From the NCBI GenBank assembly GCA_963802945.1, contig CAWDKY010000028.1, positions 146,196 to 210,195 on the forward strand: a stretch of DNA of 64,000 nucleotides, in the 5' to 3' direction. Below are positions 1 through 9,620 of the stretch, one piece after another. Position 1 is the first letter of the stretch, and each line of letters starts with the position of its first letter. Source of the stretch: an uncultured delta proteobacterium (GTDB lineage: Bacteria; Desulfobacterota; RBG-13-43-22). The translations under genes were made by a program, and so were the position numbers. Below the pieces are notes generated by a model. The model was not told the origin of the DNA. It made no database searches and was given only the letters and a program-made list of their open reading frames with translations.

Positions 1-348
1 AAGATCATGGGTATCGCCCCGGCCTATGCCGTTCCGAAGGCCTTAAAACGAGCAGGACTCAAGCTTTCCGATATGGATATAATGGAATGTAATGAGGCTT
101 TTGCCGTTCAGAATCTGGCCGTAATCAAAGAACTTGAGAAGCAGACCGGCTCCAAGGTCGACATGAGCAAATGGAACCCTCTAGGAGGGGCGATTGCCTT
201 CGGGCATCCCAATGGGGCATCCGGAGCCCGTATATGCATGTTTGCCATGAAGGAAATGGCCCGAAGGGGTGGGAAATATGCTTTCTTTTCTTCCTGCTGC
301 GGCGGCGGACTCGGCGTGGCGTCGGTTATTGAAAACTTAAGGCGATAG
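1..348 (+). CDS. Thiolase (acetyl-CoA C-acyltransferase), C-terminal part, truncated by window edge
   Basis: Thiolase motifs ECNEAFA, GGAIAFGHPNGASG and CCGGGLG. Confidence 0.93.
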   Translation, partial: KIMGIAPAYAVPKALKRAGLKLSDMDIMECNEAFAVQNLAVIKELEKQTGSKVDMSKWNPLGGAIAFGHPNGASGARICMFAMKEMARRGGKYAFFSSCCGGGLGVASVIENLRR

Positions 349-445
349 GGTTTCGTCAAAACCTCAGATTTTTTTAGGCGGTTTTTTTGTGGCGTGGAAA
401 TTAATAAACCGCGAGATAAAAGTCGAGGAGTCTAGAAGTTAAGAG

Positions 446-482
446 AAGTCAGGACCATCAGCAACGCCGGTGGTCCTGACTT
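446..482. terminator. Hairpin between convergent genes, likely bidirectional terminator
   Basis: AAGTCAGGACCA...TGGTCCTGACTT perfect 12-bp stem between thiolase (+) and hydratase (-). Confidence 0.65.
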
Positions 483-509
483 GTTTCTTATTGATCGTTG
501 TCGCCTCTT

Positions 510-1274
510 TTAAGTCTCTTTCCAGACCGCTTTTCTCTTTTCCAAAAAGGCCTTCAAGCCTTCTTCGGCATCCTGGGTTTTCATTAATTCCTGAAGATAG
601 ATTTTTTCGATTTCTTTCAATCCCAGGGAAGAAGGGTCCATCAAGCCGGCACGAAAGGCTTTTTTGGTCAAAAACATGATCAAACCACTTAGCGATAAAA
701 GTTTTTCGCAGAATTTTTCCAGCTCCAATTCCAGGGTTTCAATGGACACCACTTTATTGATCAGCCCTAAAGACAAGGCATGCTGAGCATTGATCGTTTC
801 TCCCGTCAGGATCAATTCCAGGGCTTTTTTCCTGTTTATGATTCGGGGGAAAATCAAAGCGGCTATGGGCGGGAAAACCCCTACCTGAATTTCAGGTTGT
901 CCGAATTTGGCCTTTTCCGAGGCCAGGACCAGATCACAATATAGGGCTAACTCACACCCGCCTCCCATGGCCGCACCCTGCACCGAGGCTATAGAAACAG
1001 CAGGCAGGGCATCCATCCGCCTGAAGATCCCATGAAAGACCTCGATCATCTCTTCTACTTGGTCCCCGAGATGTTCCCCAACATCCACCCCGGCGGAAAA
1101 GGCCCTGCCCTTGGCCTTGAAAAGAAGCAGCTTGATTTTCTCTCCTTTTAAAGAATCCAGGGCCTGATTGATTTCTTTCATCATGGCGATATTTAGAACA
1201 TTAAGGGGTTCCCGGTTTAAGATAATCGTGGCCAATCCTTCTTTTAATTCTGTTTGGATGTGTTGATAGTTCAT
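510..1274 (-). CDS. Enoyl-CoA hydratase/isomerase, cyclohexa-1,5-dienecarbonyl-CoA hydratase (Dch)-like
   Basis: Crotonase motifs FSAGVDVGEH, GGGCELA, FGQPEIQVGVFPP; the G-V-D/E-V-x-E/D-H signature resembles Dch-type enzymes. Confidence 0.8.
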   Translation of the reverse strand: MNYQHIQTELKEGLATIILNREPLNVLNIAMMKEINQALDSLKGEKIKLLLFKAKGRAFSAGVDVGEHLGDQVEEMIEVFHGIFRRMDALPAVSIASVQGAAMGGGCELALYCDLVLASEKAKFGQPEIQVGVFPPIAALIFPRIINRKKALELILTGETINAQHALSLGLINKVVSIETLELELEKFCEKLLSLSGLIMFLTKKAFRAGLMDPSSLGLKEIEKIYLQELMKTQDAEEGLKAFLEKRKAVWKET

Positions 1275-1342
1275 TTATCCCCCCTTAATTAAAAGTGACG
1301 TTTAGTACCATTTGAATTTTAAAAAACTTTCTGGAAAAAATG

Positions 1343-1481
1343 TGATGGTTTTGAAAAAAGCTCCAGAGGCGAGGCGCGTAAATCCTGAGGAGTGAGGCGT
1401 ACTATCATGTATGCTGCAACGACAAAGGATGCCGCGGAATCCGCGAAACGCGGGACTGATGGACTTTTTACGAAGCCATCA
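1343..1481. mobile_element. MITE-like miniature element with terminal inverted repeats
   Basis: Left end TGATGGTTTTGAAAAAAG versus reverse complement of right end TGATGGCTTCGTAAAAAG; non-coding structured interior. Confidence 0.6.
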
Positions 1482-2565
1482 TTTGTTCTTCAACCATAAA
1501 AAGGCCTCTATAAACGGATCAATCCCTCCGTCCAGCACATCATCCACGTTGCCTATATCCAATTGACTTCGATGATCCTTAACCAACCGATATGGGGCCA
1601 GGATATAGGAACGAATCTGGCTTCCCCAGGCGATATCGGCCTGGCCCTCGTGGATCTCCTTCTTTTTTTCTTCCTTCTTTTCCAGTTCCAAATCATAGAG
1701 CCTTGATTTTAAAACCTTGAAGGCCATGTCTTTGTTCCGGTGTTGGGATTTCTCGTTTTGGCATTGAACGACAATGCCGGTCGGCAGATGGGTCAAACGG
1801 ATAGCCGAACTGGTCTTATTGACATGTTGGCCTCCGGCCCCGCTGGCCCGGAAGGTATCCACCCGGACATCGGCTTCATTGATTGCGATCTGAATATCGT
1901 CTTCAACTTCAGGATAGACGAAAACAGAGGCAAAGGAGGTATGGCGACGTCCCCCGGCATCAAAAGGAGAAATGCGGACCAGACGATGGATCCCGGTTTC
2001 CGAACGCAAGTATCCGTAGGCGTATTTCCCTTCAATGGTAAAAGTTACACTTTTGAGCCCTGCTTCGTCGCCGGGCAACTGATCGATGATTTCGGTTTTA
2101 AATCCTCGTCGCTCACTCCATCGTAGGTACATGCGGAGCAGCATCTCGGCCCAGTCTTGGGCCTCGGTGCCCCCGGCACCGGCGTGAATGGCCATGATGG
2201 CAGGGCAAGCATCCTCTTCACCGGAAAGAAGTTTATTAAACTCCATTTGGGCCAGGAGTTTTTCCAGACCCTTGAGACGGTTTTGAACTTCGGACAGGGT
2301 TTCCTGGTCCTCTTCAGCCAAGGCCAGGTCAAGAAGAATCTCTGCTTCATCGAGTCGGGTTTGTGTCTGTTCCCACTCGGAAATGATCTGACTCAGTTTC
2401 CCCTTTTCTTTGAGTATCATTTTCGCCCGGTCTGGATCATCCCAGAGGGTGCTTTGCGCACTTGTTTTTTCCAGGACGGCCAGGCGTTCTCTCTTGGAGG
2501 TCAGGTCAAAGATAGTCTCTTAACTTAACCATTTTTTCTTTAAGGCGTATGATTTCTTCTTTCAT
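1479..2565 (-). CDS. prfB: Peptide chain release factor 2, with programmed +1 frameshift
   Basis: SPF tripeptide and GGQ motif; short upstream frame from ATG 2565 (MKEEIIRLKEKMVKLRDYL) ends at CTT TGA C (2505-2511) and continues in the +1 frame. Confidence 0.97.
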
Positions 2566-4118
2566 AATTTTTGTCCTCTTCTCTTTTTACTACCCGAATA
2601 ATAATTCCGATCAGGAAAATAATCCCGCAAAAAACGATCAGCAACGTCCCCATAACGGTTATAAAAGGTTTTTTCTCCTCGGAGAGGAATGGCGGCATAA
2701 GTCCCGCCTGTTTGAAACAGAGGGATCATTTTAAGGATCCGTCCGGAAGAATCAATAAAAGCGCTGAAACCCGTATTAGCCGCACGGGCAATCCAGACCC
2801 TGTTTTCGACGGCCCGGAATGTAAGCATGGATAGGTGCTGATATGGCGCCGAGGTACGTCCGTACCAGGCATCATTAGTTATATTGACCAATATCTGGCA
2901 GTCTTCCTGTATGAAAGCCCGACTCAATTCCGGAAAAATGGTCTCAAAACAAATTAAAACCCCTATTTTGCCCTTGGGATGGGAAAGCCCGTAACTACCC
3001 GATCCGGGATTGAAGTCTCCTATAGCTTGAATCATTTTCCCCACAAAGGGTAAAAATCGCCTTAAGGGAATATATTCTCCAAAAGGAACCAGATGAATTT
3101 TGTCGTAAAAGCTCAATTGCCCTTCCGGACCTAACAGATAAGCCCGGTTATAAAAATAGATTTTCCCTTGCCGAAAGGTGGCCGCCGGACTGCCGAACAA
3201 GAGATGGGCTTGAATTTCCTTGGCCAGTTGAAAGACAACAGGGGTCAAGTGGTTTTCATTCAAAAAATAAAACGGAACTGCCGTTTCCGGCCATACGACC
3301 AAGTCAGGAGTTTTAGGTAAAGCTTGTCGTGTTAGGTCCTTATAGATCTTTAATGTTTCTTCCTGAAAAGCCGGATTCCATTTTATGGATTGATCAATAT
3401 TTCCCTGTATGACTGATACGTTTAAGGTCGGGGCCTGTTGATTTTTTTGCCTTTGATTGGCTAAGGACCAATAACCGAAGATTAGGGTGAAAGTTAGTAT
3501 GGATAAGGCAAAAACCGCTTCTTTCCATTTCCGGGACCAATTCTGGAAAGGATGGTCAAACCATAAAAACAGGTAAAGAGTCTGATTAACCAACATGATC
3601 AGAAAAGAAATCCCGTACACCCCGGAGATTTCAGCTACCTGAATAACTGGTAGAAGGTTATACTGGGAATGCCCCAATAACTCCCATGGGAACCCGCTTA
3701 ATAGATGCGCCCTTAAAAATTCCAGACCCACCCAGATGGATGGAGCCCAAAGCAAAGAAAAAAGATCTTTGGGAGGAAACAGACCCCAAAGCCAGGCAAA
3801 GACACCGAAATAGAGGGCTAAATAAAGAACCATCAAAAAAAGGATAAAAAAACTGGTCATCGTGTCCAGCCCTCCAAAATGGCGCATGGCATGGGTTACC
3901 CAATAAAAAATACCAAGAGAGGAGAGGATACCGGCAAGAAATCCCAGTTGGAATCTTTTTGTGGCCGGTTTATTTTCCAACGCTTTAAAAAAAGGGATGA
4001 ACGCCACCCAGGCCATGAAGGACCAGGAAACCTTAGGGAAGGAAAGGATATAGAGGATTGTACCGAAAAGGATTAAGAGATAAGGAGTAATAGAGTCTTT
4101 TGTGATATAAATTCTCAT
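2562..4118 (-). CDS. lnt: Apolipoprotein N-acyltransferase
   Basis: Multi-TM N-terminus, QGNI, VWPETA, KIHLVPFGEYIP, ICFE, RAANTG; C-terminal tail probably frameshifted. Confidence 0.95.
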   Translation of the reverse strand: MRIYITKDSITPYLLILFGTILYILSFPKVSWSFMAWVAFIPFFKALENKPATKRFQLGFLAGILSSLGIFYWVTHAMRHFGGLDTMTSFFILFLMVLYLALYFGVFAWLWGLFPPKDLFSLLWAPSIWVGLEFLRAHLLSGFPWELLGHSQYNLLPVIQVAEISGVYGISFLIMLVNQTLYLFLWFDHPFQNWSRKWKEAVFALSILTFTLIFGYWSLANQRQKNQQAPTLNVSVIQGNIDQSIKWNPAFQEETLKIYKDLTRQALPKTPDLVVWPETAVPFYFLNENHLTPVVFQLAKEIQAHLLFGSPAATFRQGKIYFYNRAYLLGPEGQLSFYDKIHLVPFGEYIPLRRFLPFVGKMIQAIGDFNPGSGSYGLSHPKGKIGVLICFETIFPELSRAFIQEDCQILVNITNDAWYGRTSAPYQHLSMLTFRAVENRVWIARAANTGFSAFIDSSGRILKMIPLFQTGGTYAAIPLRGEKTFYNRYGDVADRFLRDYFPDRNYYSGSKKRRGQKL

Positions 4119-4244
4119 AGTATTGCGCCGTTGAAAAAAGCCTTTTTATGCTGCTTCACAATCTGTTCTTTAACACAAGCTTATCGATCAGAAAAGGAAA
4201 ATTTATTCTTTAAGTTCAGGTAAGTAAGAAAGAAGGGGCAAATA

Positions 4245-4847
4245 TCAGCTGGTCCGGTTTCTTTGATAATAGGCAAAATATCGAAAAACCTGCTTGATAT
4301 ATTTTTTAGTATCTTTAAAGGGTGGGATCCCGTTATGTTGAAAGACCCGGGAGGGACCGGCATTATAAGCGGCCAGGGCGAGTCTTTGGTCCCCTTCAAA
4401 GGCGTCCAATAATACCTTCAGATAACGCACACCGCCATCGATATTATGCTTGGGATTAAACGGATCCTTGATCCCCATTTCCTTGGCTGTAACAGGATCG
4501 ATCTGCATTAACCCGACTGCCCCCCGGGGAGAAACGGCCATAGGGTCAAACTTGGATTCGGCAAGGATAACTGCCTTCACCAGAGCCGGATCCAGAGAAT
4601 GTTTTTGGCAGGCGGACCTGATCCAGGGGTCATAAGTAGAAACTGAAACTTCTAATTCTTCGGGGGTCAGTGTTGTTGAGTAGGTGGGGTTTTTGTCAAA
4701 AAAGTTTAGCGGAAGATCAATCCGATTCAAATACTTATTATTAACGGAAAGGACCTGGGCCGTTAATAAAAAATAAAAGCCATTTACGCTTAATAAACTG
4801 AAAAGAACCAAACCGACCGATATTTTTTTTATATAATGGTTGTCCAT
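4245..4847 (-). CDS. Lytic transglycosylase (SLT domain)
   Basis: AES, GAVGLMQI and ALAAYNAG motifs; N-terminal TM segment. Confidence 0.92.
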   Translation of the reverse strand: MDNHYIKKISVGLVLFSLLSVNGFYFLLTAQVLSVNNKYLNRIDLPLNFFDKNPTYSTTLTPEELEVSVSTYDPWIRSACQKHSLDPALVKAVILAESKFDPMAVSPRGAVGLMQIDPVTAKEMGIKDPFNPKHNIDGGVRYLKVLLDAFEGDQRLALAAYNAGPSRVFQHNGIPPFKDTKKYIKQVFRYFAYYQRNRTS

Positions 4848-5290
4848 AATTATCGCCTAACTTGTTTGAAAATCCGTCTGTAACTCCCTGATAGAAAACA
4901 GGGGTTCCCTTGAACTGAATTAGCAGCCTAATGTTTTGCCTCGAATACATAAGTATCTCCGAAGGTATTCCACAGGCTGTCTTCATAAATTCAATCCCCA
5001 TTTCTTTTTATGTTCTTATCTATTAACATAAAAATTTTCTTTGTCAACCTTTTTAAATATTTTATTGAAGGAAACTATTGATAAAACATAATTAATCAAA
5101 TAAGTTATAACAAAATGAGTTTTTTAAGGCAAAAATCATTCTGGTCTGGTCTTGAGAGCAAAAAAATGGTAAAAAAGGGTTAAACCCTCTGAGGTTGGAA
5201 TCATTGAAAAGTCGGCCGTAAAGTCAGCCTATTGGACTATATTTTAATAATATCAGTAAATTAAAAAGCTTAAACTGAGAAAGGACTGCT

Positions 5291-6290
5291 ATGTCTGCCA
5301 ACCAGGCCAAAGTTATTGGAGTCGACTTAGGAGGAACCCGTATTAAAACAGGGCTTGTTGATGCCCGAGGTAAGATACTATTTTTAAAAAATTATTCGAC
5401 CCGCCTCGAGTTGGGAAGAGAAAAAGTCGTAAAAAGGATGGTGAAGGTAACAAAACAACTAATTGAAATATCAATTAAAAATAGAATAAAACCCAATTTG
5501 ATTGGCTTGGGGGTTCCTGGTGTTATTGACCGCGAGGAAGGGATTATTCACCATTCTCCGAATTTTCCTGATTGGAAAGATGTGCCCTTAGCCCGAATCA
5601 TCTCTGATGAGGTCAGCCTTCCCGACTTATATGGATAAAGACGCCAATGTCGTAACGTTAGGTGAAAAATGGGTCGGGGCAGGAAAAGACTGGAATCATT
5701 TTGTCTGTTTAACCCTGGGAACCGGGGTAGGGAGCGGACTTTTCTTAAACGGCCGACCCTGGTACGGCAGTCAAGGCAGCGGACCGGAATTCGGACATAT
5801 CACCATTGAACCTCGGGGGGAACATTGCGGCTGTGGTAACCGGGGTTGTCTGGAGACCCTGGCTTCAGCTACTTATCTAGTTAAAAAAGCTCAAAAGGGG
5901 CTGGATAAAAAGGTCCACACCCTGCTTTCGGAAATAGTCAACCAAACATCGGAGCCCCTTTCGGCCAAACTCCTTTATGAGACGGCCAAAAAAGGAGACC
6001 CGTTTTGTATCTCCCTTTTTGCCGAGTTGGGACGTTATCTGGGGATTGCTTTGGCCAACCTTATCCATACCATCGGTTTAGAAGGGGTTATTTTGGGAGG
6101 GGGATTGAGCAAGGCTTCCACTATTTTCTTGCCATATTTGGAAAAAGAATTTAAAAAACGAATGACCATGATTCCAGGGGAATTGCCTCCCATCCGGATT
6201 TCATCCTTGGGGGACAAGAGCGGTATCCTGGGGGCCGCCAAGATGGCGATGGAAAGAAGCAAAGAAAAGTTGAAAGCTTATAGTTTATAG
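5291..6290 (+). CDS. ROK family glucokinase, split by one frameshift near 5625
   Basis: DLGGT in ORF 5291..5638; DAN, LGTGVG, EFGH and CGCGNRGCLE in ORF 5607..6290. Confidence 0.9.
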
Positions 6291-6374
6291 CTGAAAGGAA
6301 AAAGGGGTTTTGACCTTTACCCTTTAAGCTAACAGCTAAGGTATCAGCTACGAGCTAATACTAATAAGGAAAGG

Positions 6375-7040
6375 ATGTTATGGCCGGAAAGAAAAAAATC
6401 AGTCAGAAAAGAACTTCTCAAGAAACCGGATGAGTTTATTACTCTTTCAACCCGTACGCTGAATTGGGTAAAAGATAACTACCAAAAAGTCATCTGGATA
6501 GGATCAGGAATCGTTTTGGTCTTAATTCTTTTTTTTGGGTATTCCGCTTACCGGAACAGACAGGAAAAGCAGGGCCACGAAAAGTATTTTTCCAGCCTGG
6601 AGGTATCTGATCCGGATCAAAAATTGAAAAAGTTGGAGGAAATTATTAAAGATTACCCAAGGACTAAGGCCGCCTATTCCGCCTTAGTGACTGCCGGGCA
6701 TCTTTATTTTCAAAAAAAAGATTTTCCCAGGGCAGTATCTTCCTATCAAACGGCCCTGGACAAGGGGAAATTTCCTCCGGCCTTTAGAACCCTGATCCAG
6801 GGGAATCTGGCCTATGCCTATGAGCAAAAAGGTGATTTACAGCAAGCAGCTAAAACCTTTGCAGAGATCACCCAAAGCAAGGAAAATTTATTAAAAGAGG
6901 ATTCTCTGATTAATCTGGCCCGGGTATATCAAAAAATGGGTAAGAAGGCGGAAGCCAAAGCAACCTACCAAACCTTCCTTAAATCCTTCCCCCAATCGAT
7001 TTATGCCAAAGTGGTTAAAGATCGCTTAGCCGGACTATGA
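6375..7040 (+). CDS. Membrane-anchored tetratricopeptide repeat protein (YfgM-like)
   Basis: KELLKKPDEF N-terminus, single TM, then TPR-like helices. Confidence 0.75.
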   Translation: MLWPERKKSVRKELLKKPDEFITLSTRTLNWVKDNYQKVIWIGSGIVLVLILFFGYSAYRNRQEKQGHEKYFSSLEVSDPDQKLKKLEEIIKDYPRTKAAYSALVTAGHLYFQKKDFPRAVSSYQTALDKGKFPPAFRTLIQGNLAYAYEQKGDLQQAAKTFAEITQSKENLLKEDSLINLARVYQKMGKKAEAKATYQTFLKSFPQSIYAKVVKDRLAGL

Positions 7041-7078
7041 TCATTACATGAATGACAGACCAAGTTGATTGAAGTTGA

Positions 7079-8947
7079 TTGAAAAGGAGTTATACTATGC
7101 ATGAGCTAATAAAAGGAAAACCCGGAGATAAGCTGTTGTTACTGGGCAATGAGGCCATTGCCCGGGGGGCCATTGAAGGGGGACTGGCTTTTGCCACGGC
7201 TTATCCGGGAACCCCTTCCTCTGAAGTGGCCTTAAACTTTTATCAGATCAAACAGGAAACCGATCTTTATTTTGAATATTCCACCAACGAGAAGGTGGCC
7301 CTGGAAGTGGCGGCCGGGGCGGCGGTCTCAGGTCTAAGGACCATGGTGGCCATGAAGCATGTAGGGCTGAATGTGGCGGCCGACCCCTTGATGACCCTGG
7401 CCTATACCGGGGTCAACGGAGGCATGGTCATCCTGACCGCCGATGATCCCTCGCTGTTTTCCAGCCAGAACGAACAGGACAACCGCTATTATGCCAGGCT
7501 TTCCGGGTTGCCCATGTTGGAGCCTACCACCCCCCAGGAGGCCAAAGAAATGACCTTGGCGGCCTTTGATTTGTCTGAAAAATTAAAGGTGCCCGTCTTG
7601 CTGCGCACGACCACCCGTATCAATCATTCCCGGGGGATCGTCACCCTGGGGACAATACGACCCAGAAAGACCAAGGGGAATTTTAAAAAAGACCCGTTCA
7701 GTTATGTAACGGTGCCGGCTGTCTCCAGAAATCTGCACGTCAAACTTCTACAAGTTTACGATCAGGCCCTTTCCTTGGCCAACCAGTCCACTTTTAATGA
7801 AATTATCGGACAAGGAAAATGGGGGATTGTCGCTAATGGGGTCGGTTTTTGTTATGTCCAAGACGCCCTGGATGACCTGAAGGCCAAAGAATCATTTTCT
7901 GTGCTGAAGCTGGGGTTTTCCTACCCTTTCCCGGCAGAGATTGTTAAAAAATTCCTGTCCGGAGTGGAAAAGGTCCTGGTTGTGGAGGAATTGGAGCCTG
8001 TCATGGAACAGGACCTGCGGGCCGTTGCTCAAGCCATGGGACGAACTATACCCATTCAAGGCAAGGGAGTGGATCGGTTAAGCCGCCTTTTTGAATATGA
8101 ACCATCTCGGGTGCGAAGCGCCATTTCTCAATATTTCGGAATATCCGCTCAAGGCAAAAAAACGGTTGATCTTTCCGATATACCCCCACTTCCGGGCCGT
8201 CCACCCAACTTATGTCCGGGGTGCCCGCATCGTTCCACCTTCTATGCCGTCAAAAAAGTGGCCGGAGAAGAGGCCATTTATCCTACTGACATAGGCTGTT
8301 ACACTTTGGGCCTGCTCCCGCCTTTAAGTGCGGCCGATTTTCTGATCTGTATGGGTTCAAGCGTCAGCACAGCTTCCGGTTTTTCCTGGGCATTAAAAGA
8401 TAAGCATGTCATTGCCTTTATCGGGGATTCTACCTTTTTTCATTCCGGGATCACCGGTCTGGTCAATGCCGTTCATAATAATCACAAATTCACCTTGATC
8501 ATTTTGGACAATGAAACTACGGCCATGACCGGGCACCAGCCTCATCCGGGAGTCAATATGGCCTTGCTGGGACAACCCAACACCCAGGTCTCCATTGAAG
8601 CAGTAGTTAGAGGGGTTGGGGTCAAACATGTTGCTGTGGTCCAACCCCGAAAGGTCAAACAGACCATGGAAGCCGTTCAGGAGGCCATTGATTTTGACGG
8701 GGTTTCCGTCATCATCTCCAAAGAGATCTGCCCGCTGTATGCCAAAAGGGTGGCCCCACCAACGAAAACTCGTACATTTATGATTAACGAAAAACGATGC
8801 AAAAACCACCGGGATTGCGTCAACTTGTTTGCCTGCCCGGCCTTTTACACGGAAGGAAATCAGGTCCGGATCAACGAAAATTTGTGCATCGGATGTGCGG
8901 TCTGTTCCCAGATCTGCCCGGAAAATGCTATTATTCCCAGGAAATAA
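7079..8947 (+). CDS. iorA: Indolepyruvate:ferredoxin oxidoreductase alpha subunit (start probably ATG 7098)
   Basis: GNEAIARGA, YPGTPSSE, MKHVGLNVA, CPGCPH, GDSTFFH and a C-terminal ferredoxin domain. Confidence 0.95.
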   Translation: MKRSYTMHELIKGKPGDKLLLLGNEAIARGAIEGGLAFATAYPGTPSSEVALNFYQIKQETDLYFEYSTNEKVALEVAAGAAVSGLRTMVAMKHVGLNVAADPLMTLAYTGVNGGMVILTADDPSLFSSQNEQDNRYYARLSGLPMLEPTTPQEAKEMTLAAFDLSEKLKVPVLLRTTTRINHSRGIVTLGTIRPRKTKGNFKKDPFSYVTVPAVSRNLHVKLLQVYDQALSLANQSTFNEIIGQGKWGIVANGVGFCYVQDALDDLKAKESFSVLKLGFSYPFPAEIVKKFLSGVEKVLVVEELEPVMEQDLRAVAQAMGRTIPIQGKGVDRLSRLFEYEPSRVRSAISQYFGISAQGKKTVDLSDIPPLPGRPPNLCPGCPHRSTFYAVKKVAGEEAIYPTDIGCYTLGLLPPLSAADFLICMGSSVSTASGFSWALKDKHVIAFIGDSTFFHSGITGLVNAVHNNHKFTLIILDNETTAMTGHQPHPGVNMALLGQPNTQVSIEAVVRGVGVKHVAVVQPRKVKQTMEAVQEAIDFDGVSVIISKEICPLYAKRVAPPTKTRTFMINEKRCKNHRDCVNLFACPAFYTEGNQVRINENLCIGCAVCSQICPENAIIPRK

Positions 8948-8959
8948 GAGGAGTACTCT

Positions 8960-9553
8960 ATGGATATTAAACGGATCGTTTTTGTCGGTGTCGGGGGGCA
9001 GGGAAATCTGCTCTCTTCCCGAATATTAGGAGAAGCCGCTTTGTTGGCCGGGATTCCGGTCAATGTCAGCGAAGTTCATGGTATGGCCCAACGCGGCGGT
9101 GTGGTCGAATCGGCCGTAGTCCTGGGAGGTGCCATGAGCTCCATTGTCTCCAATGGAGAGGCCGATGTTCTGATCGGCTTTGAACCTTCGGAAACCTTGC
9201 GGGCCCTGGAAAAGTGTTCCCAGGAGAGCACGGTGATTAGCAACGTGACCCCTTTGATGCCCTTTACCGTAGCAGTCGGCAAAGGGGTCTATCCCGATAT
9301 CAAAGAAGCCCTGGAGTTGATTCGTCGAAAGGTGAAGCGGCTGATCGCCATTAATGCCGATGCCTTGGCCGTAGAGGCCGGTTCGGCCTTGGCTGTCAAC
9401 ATCGTCATGCTGGGGGCTCTGGCTCAAAGCAACACCGTACCAGTCAACGCCGAACAGATGAAAGAGGCCCTTAAGATGAACCTTAATAAAAAGCTTTGGG
9501 AAATCAATCTGAAGGCTTTTGATTTGGGGTATGAAGCGGCAAAAAAGGCGTGA
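8960..9553 (+). CDS. iorB: Indolepyruvate oxidoreductase beta subunit
   Basis: GVGGQG and SEVHGMAQRGG motifs; adjacent to iorA. Confidence 0.95.
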   Translation: MDIKRIVFVGVGGQGNLLSSRILGEAALLAGIPVNVSEVHGMAQRGGVVESAVVLGGAMSSIVSNGEADVLIGFEPSETLRALEKCSQESTVISNVTPLMPFTVAVGKGVYPDIKEALELIRRKVKRLIAINADALAVEAGSALAVNIVMLGALAQSNTVPVNAEQMKEALKMNLNKKLWEINLKAFDLGYEAAKKA

Positions 9554-9570
9554 AGTATATGCCATGCGGC

Positions 9571-9620
9571 GAGAGGTGCGAGGTATGATGCATACTACCT
9601 CGTGCCTCTCACCTTTTTTT
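9571..9620 (+). terminator. Rho-independent terminator after iorB
   Basis: GAGAGGTGCGAGGTA...TACCTCGTGCCTCTC stem followed by a T run, between convergent genes. Confidence 0.7.
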
